Origin: a virus
Lineage: Duplodnaviria; Caudoviricetes
Length of the DNA stretch: 25,431 bases
IMG/VR virus record: IMGVR_UViG_3300012919_001529
Span: 1-25,431 of that record
Strand: one strand, 5' to 3'
Positions 16,779-25,411 of this stretch are shown here, one piece after another. Position numbers and translations under genes: made by a program. The notes under the pieces are model-generated. The model had not been told where the DNA came from, did not search any database, and worked only from the letters and a program-made list of their open reading frames with translations. Each line of letters opens with the position of its first letter. Positions within the stretch are counted from its first letter, which is position 1.

Positions 16779-17863
16779 TCTAGGTGCTCCATTATTTCTG
16801 GTATGTTTATTTTAAAGTTTATCATGTCACTGAAACGCTTTATTCCTTTCGGCTTAGACCCGTCCTTCAGAGGAATTGGTACTACATCTGCCAAGTATAA
16901 TTTATGCTCTAGATCTAAATTATGTGATAGCAATGGATATACTTTTTTATGTATCATGTTTTTATCTTGTATCTCTAGTATTTTAGTTCCTGGTTTACAC
17001 CATAGCAAGTTAACCAAACCTGCTCCATGGGCCGCAACAATGTGTGATGCTTCTGCAAAGGTTTTCATTTGATCTTTGATTGACATTTTTTCTAAAGCAA
17101 CTGTCTCCCATCCTTTTAATTTCAATAATAACTCATCAGAGTTTACAAGTTTCCTACTTTTTGCTCCAGGTCTTAATACAACTATCTTTCTATGTGGCTT
17201 GGTTCCTTTGAGATTTTTCAAGCCTTTGAAGTGTCTTAACCATGGAGCCAACGGCGGAACAATTACTCCGTCCTTAGAGTTACTCATGCTTGGTACTAGC
17301 AGATGTTTGAACTGCCATGTTTCACCCTTGGGCATTGTAACTATTTTTACATCAGGAAAAAGTGTCTGGCATACCTTCTCAAAATAAGGACTGTGGTTTG
17401 CCAAAATAAAACAATATCTGGAAAAGTTAGTTGACCATCTTTTCTCTAAAAGTCTAAATTTTGAAATAACGTCTATCCAGATGTGCCATGGATTTTTTCC
17501 ACTACCTTCGTCCACGGGCAACCAAACGTAAGTATTTGTTTCATTGAAACTTTGTGTCACAGGTGGCAATTCGATATTCATGTCATCTCTCCACTCCTTC
17601 CATAGTGAGTGTGTCTTGTGGGGTTTATGTTTGCTCTGGTGAGTGAGCGACCATATGTATTCTGTGATCATTTTATTTTCTCTAGTTACCAGTAAGGGGC
17701 AGGTATGGACTTTACATCCATGGAACTCTGCAACGAACGTTGGTAAACTTGTAAACATAGGATCTATGGAATCGTGATAGGGAACGGTGTAATTGTACTC
17801 GGGGTCAACTGTTTCCCACCTATCAAGGAAATACTTCAGAGAGTTTATGTTTTTTACTGACAT
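16775..17863 (-). CDS. Glycosyltransferase family 61 (DUF563)
   Basis: NPWH...D, R...R.L.N..E, E.MS..DQ..F..A...V.AHGAGL.N.LW..PG...LEI. Start moved to ATG 17863 because the track start overlaps the divergent gene. Confidence 0.85.
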   Translation of the reverse strand: MSVKNINSLKYFLDRWETVDPEYNYTVPYHDSIDPMFTSLPTFVAEFHGCKVHTCPLLVTRENKMITEYIWSLTHQSKHKPHKTHSLWKEWRDDMNIELPPVTQSFNETNTYVWLPVDEGSGKNPWHIWIDVISKFRLLEKRWSTNFSRYCFILANHSPYFEKVCQTLFPDVKIVTMPKGETWQFKHLLVPSMSNSKDGVIVPPLAPWLRHFKGLKNLKGTKPHRKIVVLRPGAKSRKLVNSDELLLKLKGWETVALEKMSIKDQMKTFAEASHIVAAHGAGLVNLLWCKPGTKILEIQDKNMIHKKVYPLLSHNLDLEHKLYLADVVPIPLKDGSKPKGIKRFSDMINFKINIPEIMEHLE

Positions 17864-17886
17864 TTTATTAATAATTATGTTATAAT
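17857..17886 (+). promoter_or_regulatory. Sigma70-type promoter (CTGACA-18-TATAAT, extended -10 TG) for the plus-strand four-gene block
   Basis: TGTTATAAT with the -10 at 17881-17886, 8 nt before ATG 17895. Confidence 0.55.
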
Positions 17887-17894
17887 ACACGATC

Positions 17895-18557
17895 ATGATA
17901 TTATTTTCAAACGGATGCAGTTTTCTCACGACCCGGCCCAAAGACGGCGTGGACACTTTTACCACTAAAATTATTGCTGAAAATTACAAAATGGAATTGG
18001 CAAACTTGGCGATGGGTGGCAGAGGTAACACCAGGATAGGATTTTCAACCAAAGTGTGGGTTGAACAGAATAAGGATAAAGACATTTTTGCAATAATAGG
18101 TTGGTCAAGTGCTGTGAGAAATGATTATATCACGGACGACGGATGGAAAAAAGGACGTATACCAGGCACCGATCTGACTTGGCGTACTTGGAAGACATTG
18201 GATAATGTAAGTTTTATACGAAGTCATAAAGGATGGGATATAGAAAACAATCTCACCATGAACTTCCTTGATAATGTTTTTGACTTGCAGAACTACTTTG
18301 AACGCAAGAGAATACCTTACGTGATGTATAACAGTTTGCCCAACGACTTTGGCAACGGCACAGAAGATTTTAACGTGATAAGAAACGCAATCAATATGGA
18401 TAGATTCTTCAGTCCAAAGGTAAGTCACTTGGAGTTTGTGTCTGACAAAAAATTAGTAGTCAGTCCGCACGATCCTCATCCGTCGGCAGATGGGCACCAA
18501 CAATGGGCCGAACAACTTATGGAGTTTATAGATGCTAACAATCTACGCACCATTTAA
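17895..18557 (+). CDS. SGNH/GDSL-like hydrolase-fold protein
   Basis: NGCSF block I, NLAMGGRGN block II, IGWS...R, DPHPS..GH block V. Confidence 0.75.
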   Translation: MILFSNGCSFLTTRPKDGVDTFTTKIIAENYKMELANLAMGGRGNTRIGFSTKVWVEQNKDKDIFAIIGWSSAVRNDYITDDGWKKGRIPGTDLTWRTWKTLDNVSFIRSHKGWDIENNLTMNFLDNVFDLQNYFERKRIPYVMYNSLPNDFGNGTEDFNVIRNAINMDRFFSPKVSHLEFVSDKKLVVSPHDPHPSADGHQQWAEQLMEFIDANNLRTI

Positions 18558-19344
18558 CAACAAGAACAGTAAAGCATATGAAGTGTTTGACGGTGTACAG
18601 AAATCTTGGCCGGAACAGACTACGTTATTAGACAATCAAACTGAAACAGAGCCAGTGCCAAATAGCATGTTCTGGGGGTTTGTTGGCAACAACAGAGAAA
18701 TGGTCAAAAAACTCGAAGCACGTAAACATCAGTTTTGGTTTACAGATACTCCATACTTTGGAAGATTCGACAACAATAATTTAAAACCAGACAATCATTA
18801 TTGGCGTATTTGTAAAAACGGAATACATGTACCGTACATTAAAATGTGTAAATCTGATAGGTTTGATAAATTTGGAATCAAGATAAAAGCACCTGACTTC
18901 AAAGGCAGTTATGTACTAGTCTGTCCAAGTTCAGCAGGCATACACAACTACCTGGGTAAACCAAACTGGACAAATGAAATTGTTGAACAAATAAAAAGAT
19001 ACACAGACAGGCCAATTAGGATCAGACACAAACCCAGAGGCAGGGGAACATCTGGGCCAAGCGAGGCAACAGTGCCCCTATCAGAGGACCTTAAGGACGC
19101 ATGGGTGTGTGTGACAAGTTGTTCGATTGCCGCCGTGGAAGCACAATGCATGGGCATTCCTGTAATTTGTGATGAAAAAAGTTTTGCGAAAGAAGTTGGA
19201 GGTCAGGAACTTTCCGACATTGAGAATCCGTATTTTGTTGGTTGTGAGGATTGGCTCTACAGTCTAGCATACCAGCAGTTCACACCAGAAGAAATAGCCA
19301 ATGGCAAAGCAGTAGAAATACTGATGGATAAAGGTCTGTTATGA
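18532..19344 (+). CDS. KpsC/KpsS-like glycosyltransferase paralog 4
   Basis: DTPYF, RI.KN, VCPS, IRHKP, VTSCS.AAVEA...GIPV, W...LAYQQF...E...G. Confidence 0.58.
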   Translation: MLTIYAPFNNKNSKAYEVFDGVQKSWPEQTTLLDNQTETEPVPNSMFWGFVGNNREMVKKLEARKHQFWFTDTPYFGRFDNNNLKPDNHYWRICKNGIHVPYIKMCKSDRFDKFGIKIKAPDFKGSYVLVCPSSAGIHNYLGKPNWTNEIVEQIKRYTDRPIRIRHKPRGRGTSGPSEATVPLSEDLKDAWVCVTSCSIAAVEAQCMGIPVICDEKSFAKEVGGQELSDIENPYFVGCEDWLYSLAYQQFTPEEIANGKAVEILMDKGLL

Positions 19345-19982
19345 GCATTGAACAACTATCAAATGGCTTATGGGTGCCATCAAACGATGCCCAAATAGAA
19401 CAGTGGCGTGAAAAAGGTCACCCATATATGCAGGATACTTGTCTCGATAAATTGGTAGAGTGGTGTAAGACGAATGATAAAAAATTCAATCTAATAGTTG
19501 ACGTTGGTGCATGGTGTGGTACTTGGACATTGTCTATGCAACCGTATGCAAAAAATATCCATTGCTATGAACCTAACAAATTGCATTATGGTTGCCTCGC
19601 AAGAAATATCAACAGATACAGTCATGTTGAATCTTATAACCAAGCATTAGGTAACGATGACGGCTATGTTAAATTAACAGAAGAAAGTGCCACTCAGAAT
19701 ACGAGAGTTTTGCTAGAAAACGGTGAAACAAAAATAAACAAGTTAGATTCTTTAGGATACAATGATGTAGATTTCATCAAGATAGATGTTGAAGGTCTAG
19801 AGATGGAAGTACTCAAGGGTGCGGCAAGAACTTTAGAAAATGTTGAATACTTAATGATAGAATTAAATGGCAATAGTGAGAGGTATGGCAGTAGTAAAAA
19901 AGATATAAAGGAACATTTGAAATCCTTAGGTTTCAAAATATTAATAAAGTCTTGGCCAGACATTGTATACACAAAAGCATGA
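19341..19982 (+). CDS. FkbM-family SAM-dependent methyltransferase
   Basis: VDVGAWCG, YEPN, ALG, LDS, FIKIDVEG.E..VL.GA. Confidence 0.9.
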   Translation: MSIEQLSNGLWVPSNDAQIEQWREKGHPYMQDTCLDKLVEWCKTNDKKFNLIVDVGAWCGTWTLSMQPYAKNIHCYEPNKLHYGCLARNINRYSHVESYNQALGNDDGYVKLTEESATQNTRVLLENGETKINKLDSLGYNDVDFIKIDVEGLEMEVLKGAARTLENVEYLMIELNGNSERYGSSKKDIKEHLKSLGFKILIKSWPDIVYTKA

Positions 19983-20584
19983 TGTACGAATACTTGAAAA
20001 AAATTAAAGCAGAAAAAGATTTCTCACCCTCTAGGATTTTGGACATAGGTGCAAACATAGGCTACTGGACCAAAAGTGTTAAAGAAATTTGGCCCGATGC
20101 TGAATATACCTGCATAGAAGCAGGGGCAAAATATGAAAAGCATTTGAAGGAGATATGTAATGCATGTCATATTGCCGTGCTTGGTGATAGCAATAAAGAA
20201 GTAAAAATGTATCTACGAGAGATATACAAGGGAAGCAAAAAGAAGGTCACCTATACAAAAGGGTCGACAGTGTTTGGTATTTTCAAAGACTTTGAGATTC
20301 GACAAATGCAGACTTTGGACGAATTGGTTGGTAAGGATGCACAGTTTGATTTGATAAAACAAGATGTGCAGGGTGCTGAGATTATGATAATGAATGGTGC
20401 TCCTGATATATTTGCACGTGCCAAGTATGTAATTCAAGAAGTAAATTTACATAAGAATAAACAGTTCCCAGACATGCCATCGGAAAACGAAATGGATGAG
20501 TACATGTTCCAACTAGGCTTCAATGACAGCAAAGTTATCGAACAAAAAGAAAACGCTGATCAAATAGATAAAATATATTTTTAG
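19979..20584 (+). CDS. FkbM-family SAM-dependent methyltransferase
   Basis: LDIGANIG, IEA, TLD, LIKQDVQGAE; start at the ATGA overlap (19979). Confidence 0.88.
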   Translation: MMYEYLKKIKAEKDFSPSRILDIGANIGYWTKSVKEIWPDAEYTCIEAGAKYEKHLKEICNACHIAVLGDSNKEVKMYLREIYKGSKKKVTYTKGSTVFGIFKDFEIRQMQTLDELVGKDAQFDLIKQDVQGAEIMIMNGAPDIFARAKYVIQEVNLHKNKQFPDMPSENEMDEYMFQLGFNDSKVIEQKENADQIDKIYF

Positions 20585-20585
20585 T

Positions 20586-21260
20586 TTACGAACTGAAAAG
20601 ATTTATAAGTTCTTTCTTCCAATCGTCTCCGTATTCACAATCACGATATCCGTCAAACCATGGACCACCTTCTGTGTAGTGCAGTATTTTTGGTGAACCG
20701 TCTTTAGGCTCCTTGTACCAACCCACGAGCCAGTTATATTCTAAAGGCAAAGAACCAATCTCGTTGTCATCAAGCCAACTGAATCTGTGTAAGAATTTTG
20801 GTGATTCTTCATTCAATAATTCCGGTGTGAGGATTTTATTTTTCGGATGTTCACAGTTCCATAACACCATGCTCGACCAATTCTTTCTTGGATACACAGT
20901 TTGCACCTGCCCATCCATTTTTGTAGTTTCTTTTGGTGTGTAATCGTGTTGCACCACAACAACTGCTTTTGATGAATCACAGTATTTCACAAGTTCGTGT
21001 GACGGGATCTTCCATAGAAAATCACAGTCGCAAAACACTGCCCAACCCTTGAAATCGTTTAGGTATGGTACAAAGAATCTAGTAAATGTGAATTCTGTTG
21101 ATGCAAGTTTATCCACAGGACGTGTGTACAATCCTTGGTCTCTCATCTGTTTTTGTTTCAGAGGTATTACTTCCGCGGACGGATCTCTTCTCTTGATGCT
21201 GTGTTCACATACTTGATATGCTATGTCTTCTCTGCTGTCGTGTCCAACGTATATTTTCAT
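20586..21260 (-). CDS. GT-A glycosyltransferase (GT8-like)
   Basis: IYVGHDSRE, STEFTFTRF.VP, FCDCD (DxD), YPRKNWSS, WNC.H, YNWL, HYT.GGPW; start at the ATGA overlap (21260). Confidence 0.82.
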   Translation of the reverse strand: MKIYVGHDSREDIAYQVCEHSIKRRDPSAEVIPLKQKQMRDQGLYTRPVDKLASTEFTFTRFFVPYLNDFKGWAVFCDCDFLWKIPSHELVKYCDSSKAVVVVQHDYTPKETTKMDGQVQTVYPRKNWSSMVLWNCEHPKNKILTPELLNEESPKFLHRFSWLDDNEIGSLPLEYNWLVGWYKEPKDGSPKILHYTEGGPWFDGYRDCEYGDDWKKELINLFSS

Positions 21261-21886
21261 TTTCTTCCTGATACAAGACGATGTATTTCTTGCCAATTAT
21301 TTACTCTGGTTATTTCAGGATGTTCAAAATCTCGATTGTATGGGTGGTCTATTAATATAGTCTTTAAACCGTATTTGAGCCCGGTTATAGCGTTCTTAGG
21401 CTTGTCCTCGACCCAATATAGTCCGGTATTGTGAAACTCCGCCAATGCTGAATCTTTGTCCGCTCCTGTGTCTAGAATATGGTAATTTGTGAAGATGTGA
21501 TGTCCAAAAAGTTCACCCAATCTTTTCTTCCTGACAGTCTGTGCTGGTATGTCAGAAGTCTGAGCAGTGATCGGAATAAATGTCCAACCTTCTGCGGCCA
21601 ATAACTTTACCCAGGTCTGTGAATCGGGCATAGGGCACTGTGTGGCCATCCAAGCACTTTTATTGAATTCACGTATCTCTTTTCGTATTTCAGGAATGGA
21701 AAGACCAAAACGCTCCGCCATTTCATAGGTATTCTCTTTGTTAGGCAACAGTTTGTAAGGATATATCCTTTCCTCATTTTCGTTGTAGTATGAACGCTGT
21801 AACATCCAATCTGTGAAATGTTTTTCCCATTCCAACAATACGCCATCAACGTCTGTAAGTATTATTCTATTATTTGATATCGGCAT
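21257..21886 (-). CDS. HAD-superfamily 5'(3')-deoxyribonucleotidase-like protein
   Basis: TDVDGVL motif I, ITA motif II, K, VEDK..N motif IV, HPYN, RV.NW. Confidence 0.8.
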   Translation of the reverse strand: MPISNNRIILTDVDGVLLEWEKHFTDWMLQRSYYNENEERIYPYKLLPNKENTYEMAERFGLSIPEIRKEIREFNKSAWMATQCPMPDSQTWVKLLAAEGWTFIPITAQTSDIPAQTVRKKRLGELFGHHIFTNYHILDTGADKDSALAEFHNTGLYWVEDKPKNAITGLKYGLKTILIDHPYNRDFEHPEITRVNNWQEIHRLVSGRK

Positions 21887-22331
21887 CTTCCATTCCCGCT
21901 ACTCTCAGTTTTACAATATTTGTTATCTGCCATTGTTTCTGATCCAGTCCTTTCGTGATGCCTAGGTATTGATTTCTAATTAATGCAAAGTCATTTACAA
22001 TTTTTGTTAAATCAACAACGTCATCCTCGCCGTCGACGTACTTTTCTGCATCTCTGCTGGACAATGCTCTATTGTAGTTCTCTAGAAACTTTTTGAAAGT
22101 TTTAGATCTGAGTCTTCTTAATTCTATGTTTAGGTATTCCAGTATTGCTTCGAGTTGTTGTAGTTGTCCAAATCTTTCCTCGACTATTCCAGGTAATGCC
22201 GCACTTGCTTTTTCAAGATTGCCATATATCTTGCACTGTTTCTTTGCTTCTTGTAGTTCTTTGTCAAAGTATGCTGTGCAGGCTGGTATCTTGTCTAGAT
22301 TCCTACTTACTTCATTGTACCAGTTTATCAT
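21870..22331 (-). CDS. uvsY: Recombination mediator UvsY-like
   Basis: Helical 153 aa, Y.RAL...DAEKYVDG, K.WQI.NIVKLR.AG C-terminus; downstream of UvsX. Confidence 0.78.
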   Translation of the reverse strand: MINWYNEVSRNLDKIPACTAYFDKELQEAKKQCKIYGNLEKASAALPGIVEERFGQLQQLEAILEYLNIELRRLRSKTFKKFLENYNRALSSRDAEKYVDGEDDVVDLTKIVNDFALIRNQYLGITKGLDQKQWQITNIVKLRVAGMEDADIK

Positions 22332-22558
22332 TCATCCTCACCGTACGTTTCTTCTTCGTCGTCTTCAAACACGGTATTGATCGCTTCTTCTAGTTTTGGA
22401 TCGTATTCTGCTGATGCTTTTATTTCGTCATGTTCCACGCCTATGTCTTCTAAACTTTTTATGAAGTCGATAGCCATGTCTAACTTTTGTCTTTCAGGGA
22501 CGTAATGTATTATCGAACTCCAGAGTCTTTCTATTTCTTCGTGTGTGAAATCTACCAT
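22328..22558 (-). CDS. Small acidic hypothetical protein (76 aa)
   Basis: Start at 22558 (MVDFTHEE), immediately after the UvsX stop; ATGA overlap with UvsY. Confidence 0.75.
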   Translation of the reverse strand: MVDFTHEEIERLWSSIIHYVPERQKLDMAIDFIKSLEDIGVEHDEIKASAEYDPKLEEAINTVFEDDEEETYGEDE

Positions 22559-22559
22559 T

Positions 22560-23612
22560 TTATTCTTTTTCTTCTTCAGTTGATTCAGCAGGTGCAACTT
22601 CTTTGAAGTTTGCCATTATCATATCTAATTTATCACCTGTCCATGCTTTTCTGAACTCTATGTGCTCTTTGCCTTGTGGGTCAACGTATTTTAGCCTGTT
22701 GCCTGTTTGTACAAGTATGCCCTTTTTCTCAAATAGATCTACAAGTCCACTGTAAGGATCCATGCCTGTGTCATATGGTATCTTGACCTGAACACCTTCA
22801 AAAGGTTTCGCATAACGAGTTTTCATAACTTTACAAGCGGCTCTTATACCTCTGACGTCGCTTACTTTGTTTCCTTTTTCGTCTTCTTTTAGTTTTAGTT
22901 TTTTCATTGCAACAACAATGCTTGACGCATAGATGAATCCCTGTCCACCCGATATCTTGTCGTCCGGGTCAAACATATCTTGTGATGCATAAGTGTGGTT
23001 TGTGGCTATAAGTCCTACGTTCCAACTTCCAAACATGTTCACACAGTTTCTGACAAGTGCTGTCAATGCCTTGGGCTTTCTACCCAGGTCACCTTTCATC
23101 TCACCTGCTTCAAACTGGTTTACATCTGTTGGTGTCAACAACATACCTAAACTGTCGATGACAAACAGAACTTTAGGTGCACCCTCTTTGTTGTCGGCGT
23201 GTTGGTCCTTGTATCCTTTCATGAACTCTGATACAGTTTTTGCAACGTCATCAACCATGGACATACTCAATTTCATTAATTTGTCTTCTGATGTGTCCAC
23301 GTTAAGTGCTTGTAGCCATTGTTCGTCTAAAGCATTCTCTGTATCAATCAGTATCACGAATATGCCTTGGTCTTGTGCATTTTTAATAATGTTGCCTGAT
23401 GCTATGTAAGATTTACCCGCACCAGACTCACCGGCAAGTACCGTTACCTTGCCTAGGGGAATTCCTTTGTTGAAGTCACTAGTCATTAGATAATTCAGTG
23501 CGTAATTACCTGTCGATATCCAATCAGTTGGATCACTAAACCCTATTCCTAGTCCTTGTATAGATTTTGTAATGCTCTTTCTAAATTTTGTTGCATCAAA
23601 TACTTTTGTCAT
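22560..23612 (-). CDS. uvsX: RecA-like recombinase UvsX
   Basis: ISTG, Walker A GESGAGKS, IDTE, Walker B VIDSLG, TNH, SGG, K.R. Confidence 0.93.
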   Translation of the reverse strand: MTKVFDATKFRKSITKSIQGLGIGFSDPTDWISTGNYALNYLMTSDFNKGIPLGKVTVLAGESGAGKSYIASGNIIKNAQDQGIFVILIDTENALDEQWLQALNVDTSEDKLMKLSMSMVDDVAKTVSEFMKGYKDQHADNKEGAPKVLFVIDSLGMLLTPTDVNQFEAGEMKGDLGRKPKALTALVRNCVNMFGSWNVGLIATNHTYASQDMFDPDDKISGGQGFIYASSIVVAMKKLKLKEDEKGNKVSDVRGIRAACKVMKTRYAKPFEGVQVKIPYDTGMDPYSGLVDLFEKKGILVQTGNRLKYVDPQGKEHIEFRKAWTGDKLDMIMANFKEVAPAESTEEEKE

Positions 23613-23615
23613 TTT

Positions 23616-24428
23616 TTAGTTCCTTTCTACTATTATATTCGCTTTACTGTCTTTTGTCAAATGTTCTATGTTCATGGACTCCACTTTACCAATTGGCATT
23701 AAACCAATTCCGTGCTTCTTGTCCAAATAGTTTATCTTATTGTCTCTACACCAATTTTTGAAACCGTCTTCGAAAATATTATCATTGTCTTCGAGTGCTA
23801 TGTTTATGTCCGCACCAATATAGTGATTGTTTTTTGTTGCGGTGTAATCAATTGGTAAGTTATCGTGCCAAAGGTCCATGAAACTTTTTCCTAATTCGTT
23901 GTAGGAAAGGTACACTTCGTTCTTTGCCATGTGAAATTGTATCAAATCGTATTCATCCTCCTCGAGTCTAATTCGTGGCATTTTTGTTCTCGCCTTGGTC
24001 CATTGTATAGGCAGTGTGCTTCTGCTAGAGTCATGCTCGAGCGAGTGGACACAAAAATTTAAATCCCTCACGCTTTCTTTTACTTTATCTGGTGCCACTT
24101 TCATTAGTTTTGTTGGATTATCAAAATCACCCGACAATTTTTCAAAAGCGATATGCAGTGTGTTGTATAAGTCCTGGTCATTCCAATTTATTTGTTTTGG
24201 TATTTTTATAAATTCTCTTCTTAAAAATTTGTTAATAGTTTGAACAGCATCTAGCAGTATTGCCTTTATGTCATCTTTAGATCTAAAGTTGAAAAATGTT
24301 CTTTTGTGATCTATGTCATCTCCGTCGCCCACATATATGTTTTGAATCAGTTCTTTCCATTTGTGGGCGACAGAGTTGTTATAAAGGTCTATACGAAAAG
24401 CGGGTATACCATCAATCTCGTATAACAT
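23616..24428 (-). CDS. Hypothetical protein (270 aa)
   Basis: Fills the gap between gp32 and UvsX; LH..FE and LN..VH..E helices, VYL.Y...GK motif. Confidence 0.8.
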   Translation of the reverse strand: MLYEIDGIPAFRIDLYNNSVAHKWKELIQNIYVGDGDDIDHKRTFFNFRSKDDIKAILLDAVQTINKFLRREFIKIPKQINWNDQDLYNTLHIAFEKLSGDFDNPTKLMKVAPDKVKESVRDLNFCVHSLEHDSSRSTLPIQWTKARTKMPRIRLEEDEYDLIQFHMAKNEVYLSYNELGKSFMDLWHDNLPIDYTATKNNHYIGADINIALEDNDNIFEDGFKNWCRDNKINYLDKKHGIGLMPIGKVESMNIEHLTKDSKANIIVERN

Positions 24429-24436
24429 TTGTCAGA

Positions 24437-25411
24437 TTATTTTGCCTGTCTTGACCTAATCAACTTCAAGATGTCTTCTGCTCTCTTGGCACTGTCACCT
24501 GCAGGAGCCGTTGCCGCCGCTGGTTGTGGTGCTGGTGCAGATTCAGTCACAGGTGCCACACTAGGTGCCGCCTCTGCCACTGGAGCCGATGCTGTTGGTA
24601 CTGCTACCTGTGGTTTACCCTGGTAAGCCACGCCTGCCGGTCTGAAGTACTGTCCATACTGCTCAAGATCGTAAGCCTCACCTTCCACAGATTTGGAAAA
24701 TAATTCTGCAATTATTTTGACTTCTGCTTCGGATGGTTCTTTTGGTCTGAAGTCACCTAGGTTGAATAAACCATGTGTATCTATCGCGGCTCTCTCTGCC
24801 TCGTCTAGAGCTCTTTCTCTTCTTGACCATTTTGATGTTGAGTAGTCAGCATATCCACCTTTAGTTGTTTTAGTAATTCTAAAGTCAACACCTTTCACAT
24901 AATCAGTCGGCATTTCTTCCATCTCTGGATCCATCAATGCACTTCTGATGATGTTAAAAATCTGAGGTCCGATTATGAATCTTCTGATCGGATTCTCAGG
25001 TTGTGTGTCTTCTGCTAGTGGATTTGTCGTAACAAAACCTTGGAAAATATAACTTTTCTTTTTCCAATATTTCCTGCCCATGTCTTCCATGCTCTTGTCT
25101 TTGAACCATGGTCTAACTTCTGTTAGTACTGGACAAGTCTTTCCATACATCTCCATGCATGGTACTTGCACCGTTACTGGTCTTGAATCAGTCTGACCTT
25201 TAATACCTGCGAAAGGTAGTTTGATCATATTTCTTTCAGTCCAGAAGAAAGTGTTGTTTGGATCCCTATCAGGTAAGAATCTAACAACTGCTTCTGAGCC
25301 TTCTGATATATTCCAGTGTGGGTAGATGGCGTTGTCTCCGCCTGTTGATGAAGTGGAGCGATTCACTTCTTGAGATTTTAACTTCGCTCTTATTTCAGCC
25401 AATGATGCCAT
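24437..25411 (-). CDS. Single-stranded DNA-binding protein, gp32-like
   Basis: A.VRFLP, C...CPV, YW.K.SYI, G..I, G.DF...K, GYADY..S.W; GGAGG SD at 25419-25423; adjacent to UvsX/UvsY. Confidence 0.9.
   Translation of the reverse strand: MASLAEIRAKLKSQEVNRSTSSTGGDNAIYPHWNISEGSEAVVRFLPDRDPNNTFFWTERNMIKLPFAGIKGQTDSRPVTVQVPCMEMYGKTCPVLTEVRPWFKDKSMEDMGRKYWKKKSYIFQGFVTTNPLAEDTQPENPIRRFIIGPQIFNIIRSALMDPEMEEMPTDYVKGVDFRITKTTKGGYADYSTSKWSRRERALDEAERAAIDTHGLFNLGDFRPKEPSEAEVKIIAELFSKSVEGEAYDLEQYGQYFRPAGVAYQGKPQVAVPTASAPVAEAAPSVAPVTESAPAPQPAAATAPAGDSAKRAEDILKLIRSRQAK

Noticed and set aside
17864-17965. N-terminal extension of GT61 in the ORF track (similar extensions on the ORFs starting at 7484, 12554, 19952, 21296, 22597)
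   Set aside because: They overlap neighbouring genes or promoters; downstream ATGs give clean coupled starts
11206-21260. Bacterial capsule/LPS locus (host chromosome origin)
   Set aside because: No transport, polymerase or nucleotide-sugar genes, and the island is directly coupled to T4-like phage replication genes
22993-23409. 138-aa plus-strand ORF and the other short opposite-strand or nested ORFs in the track
   Set aside because: Shadows of well-supported genes such as UvsX
24429-24626. GC-rich quasi-repeat and 65-aa plus-strand ORF
   Set aside because: Explained by the Ala/Pro linker codons of gp32; not a DNA repeat array
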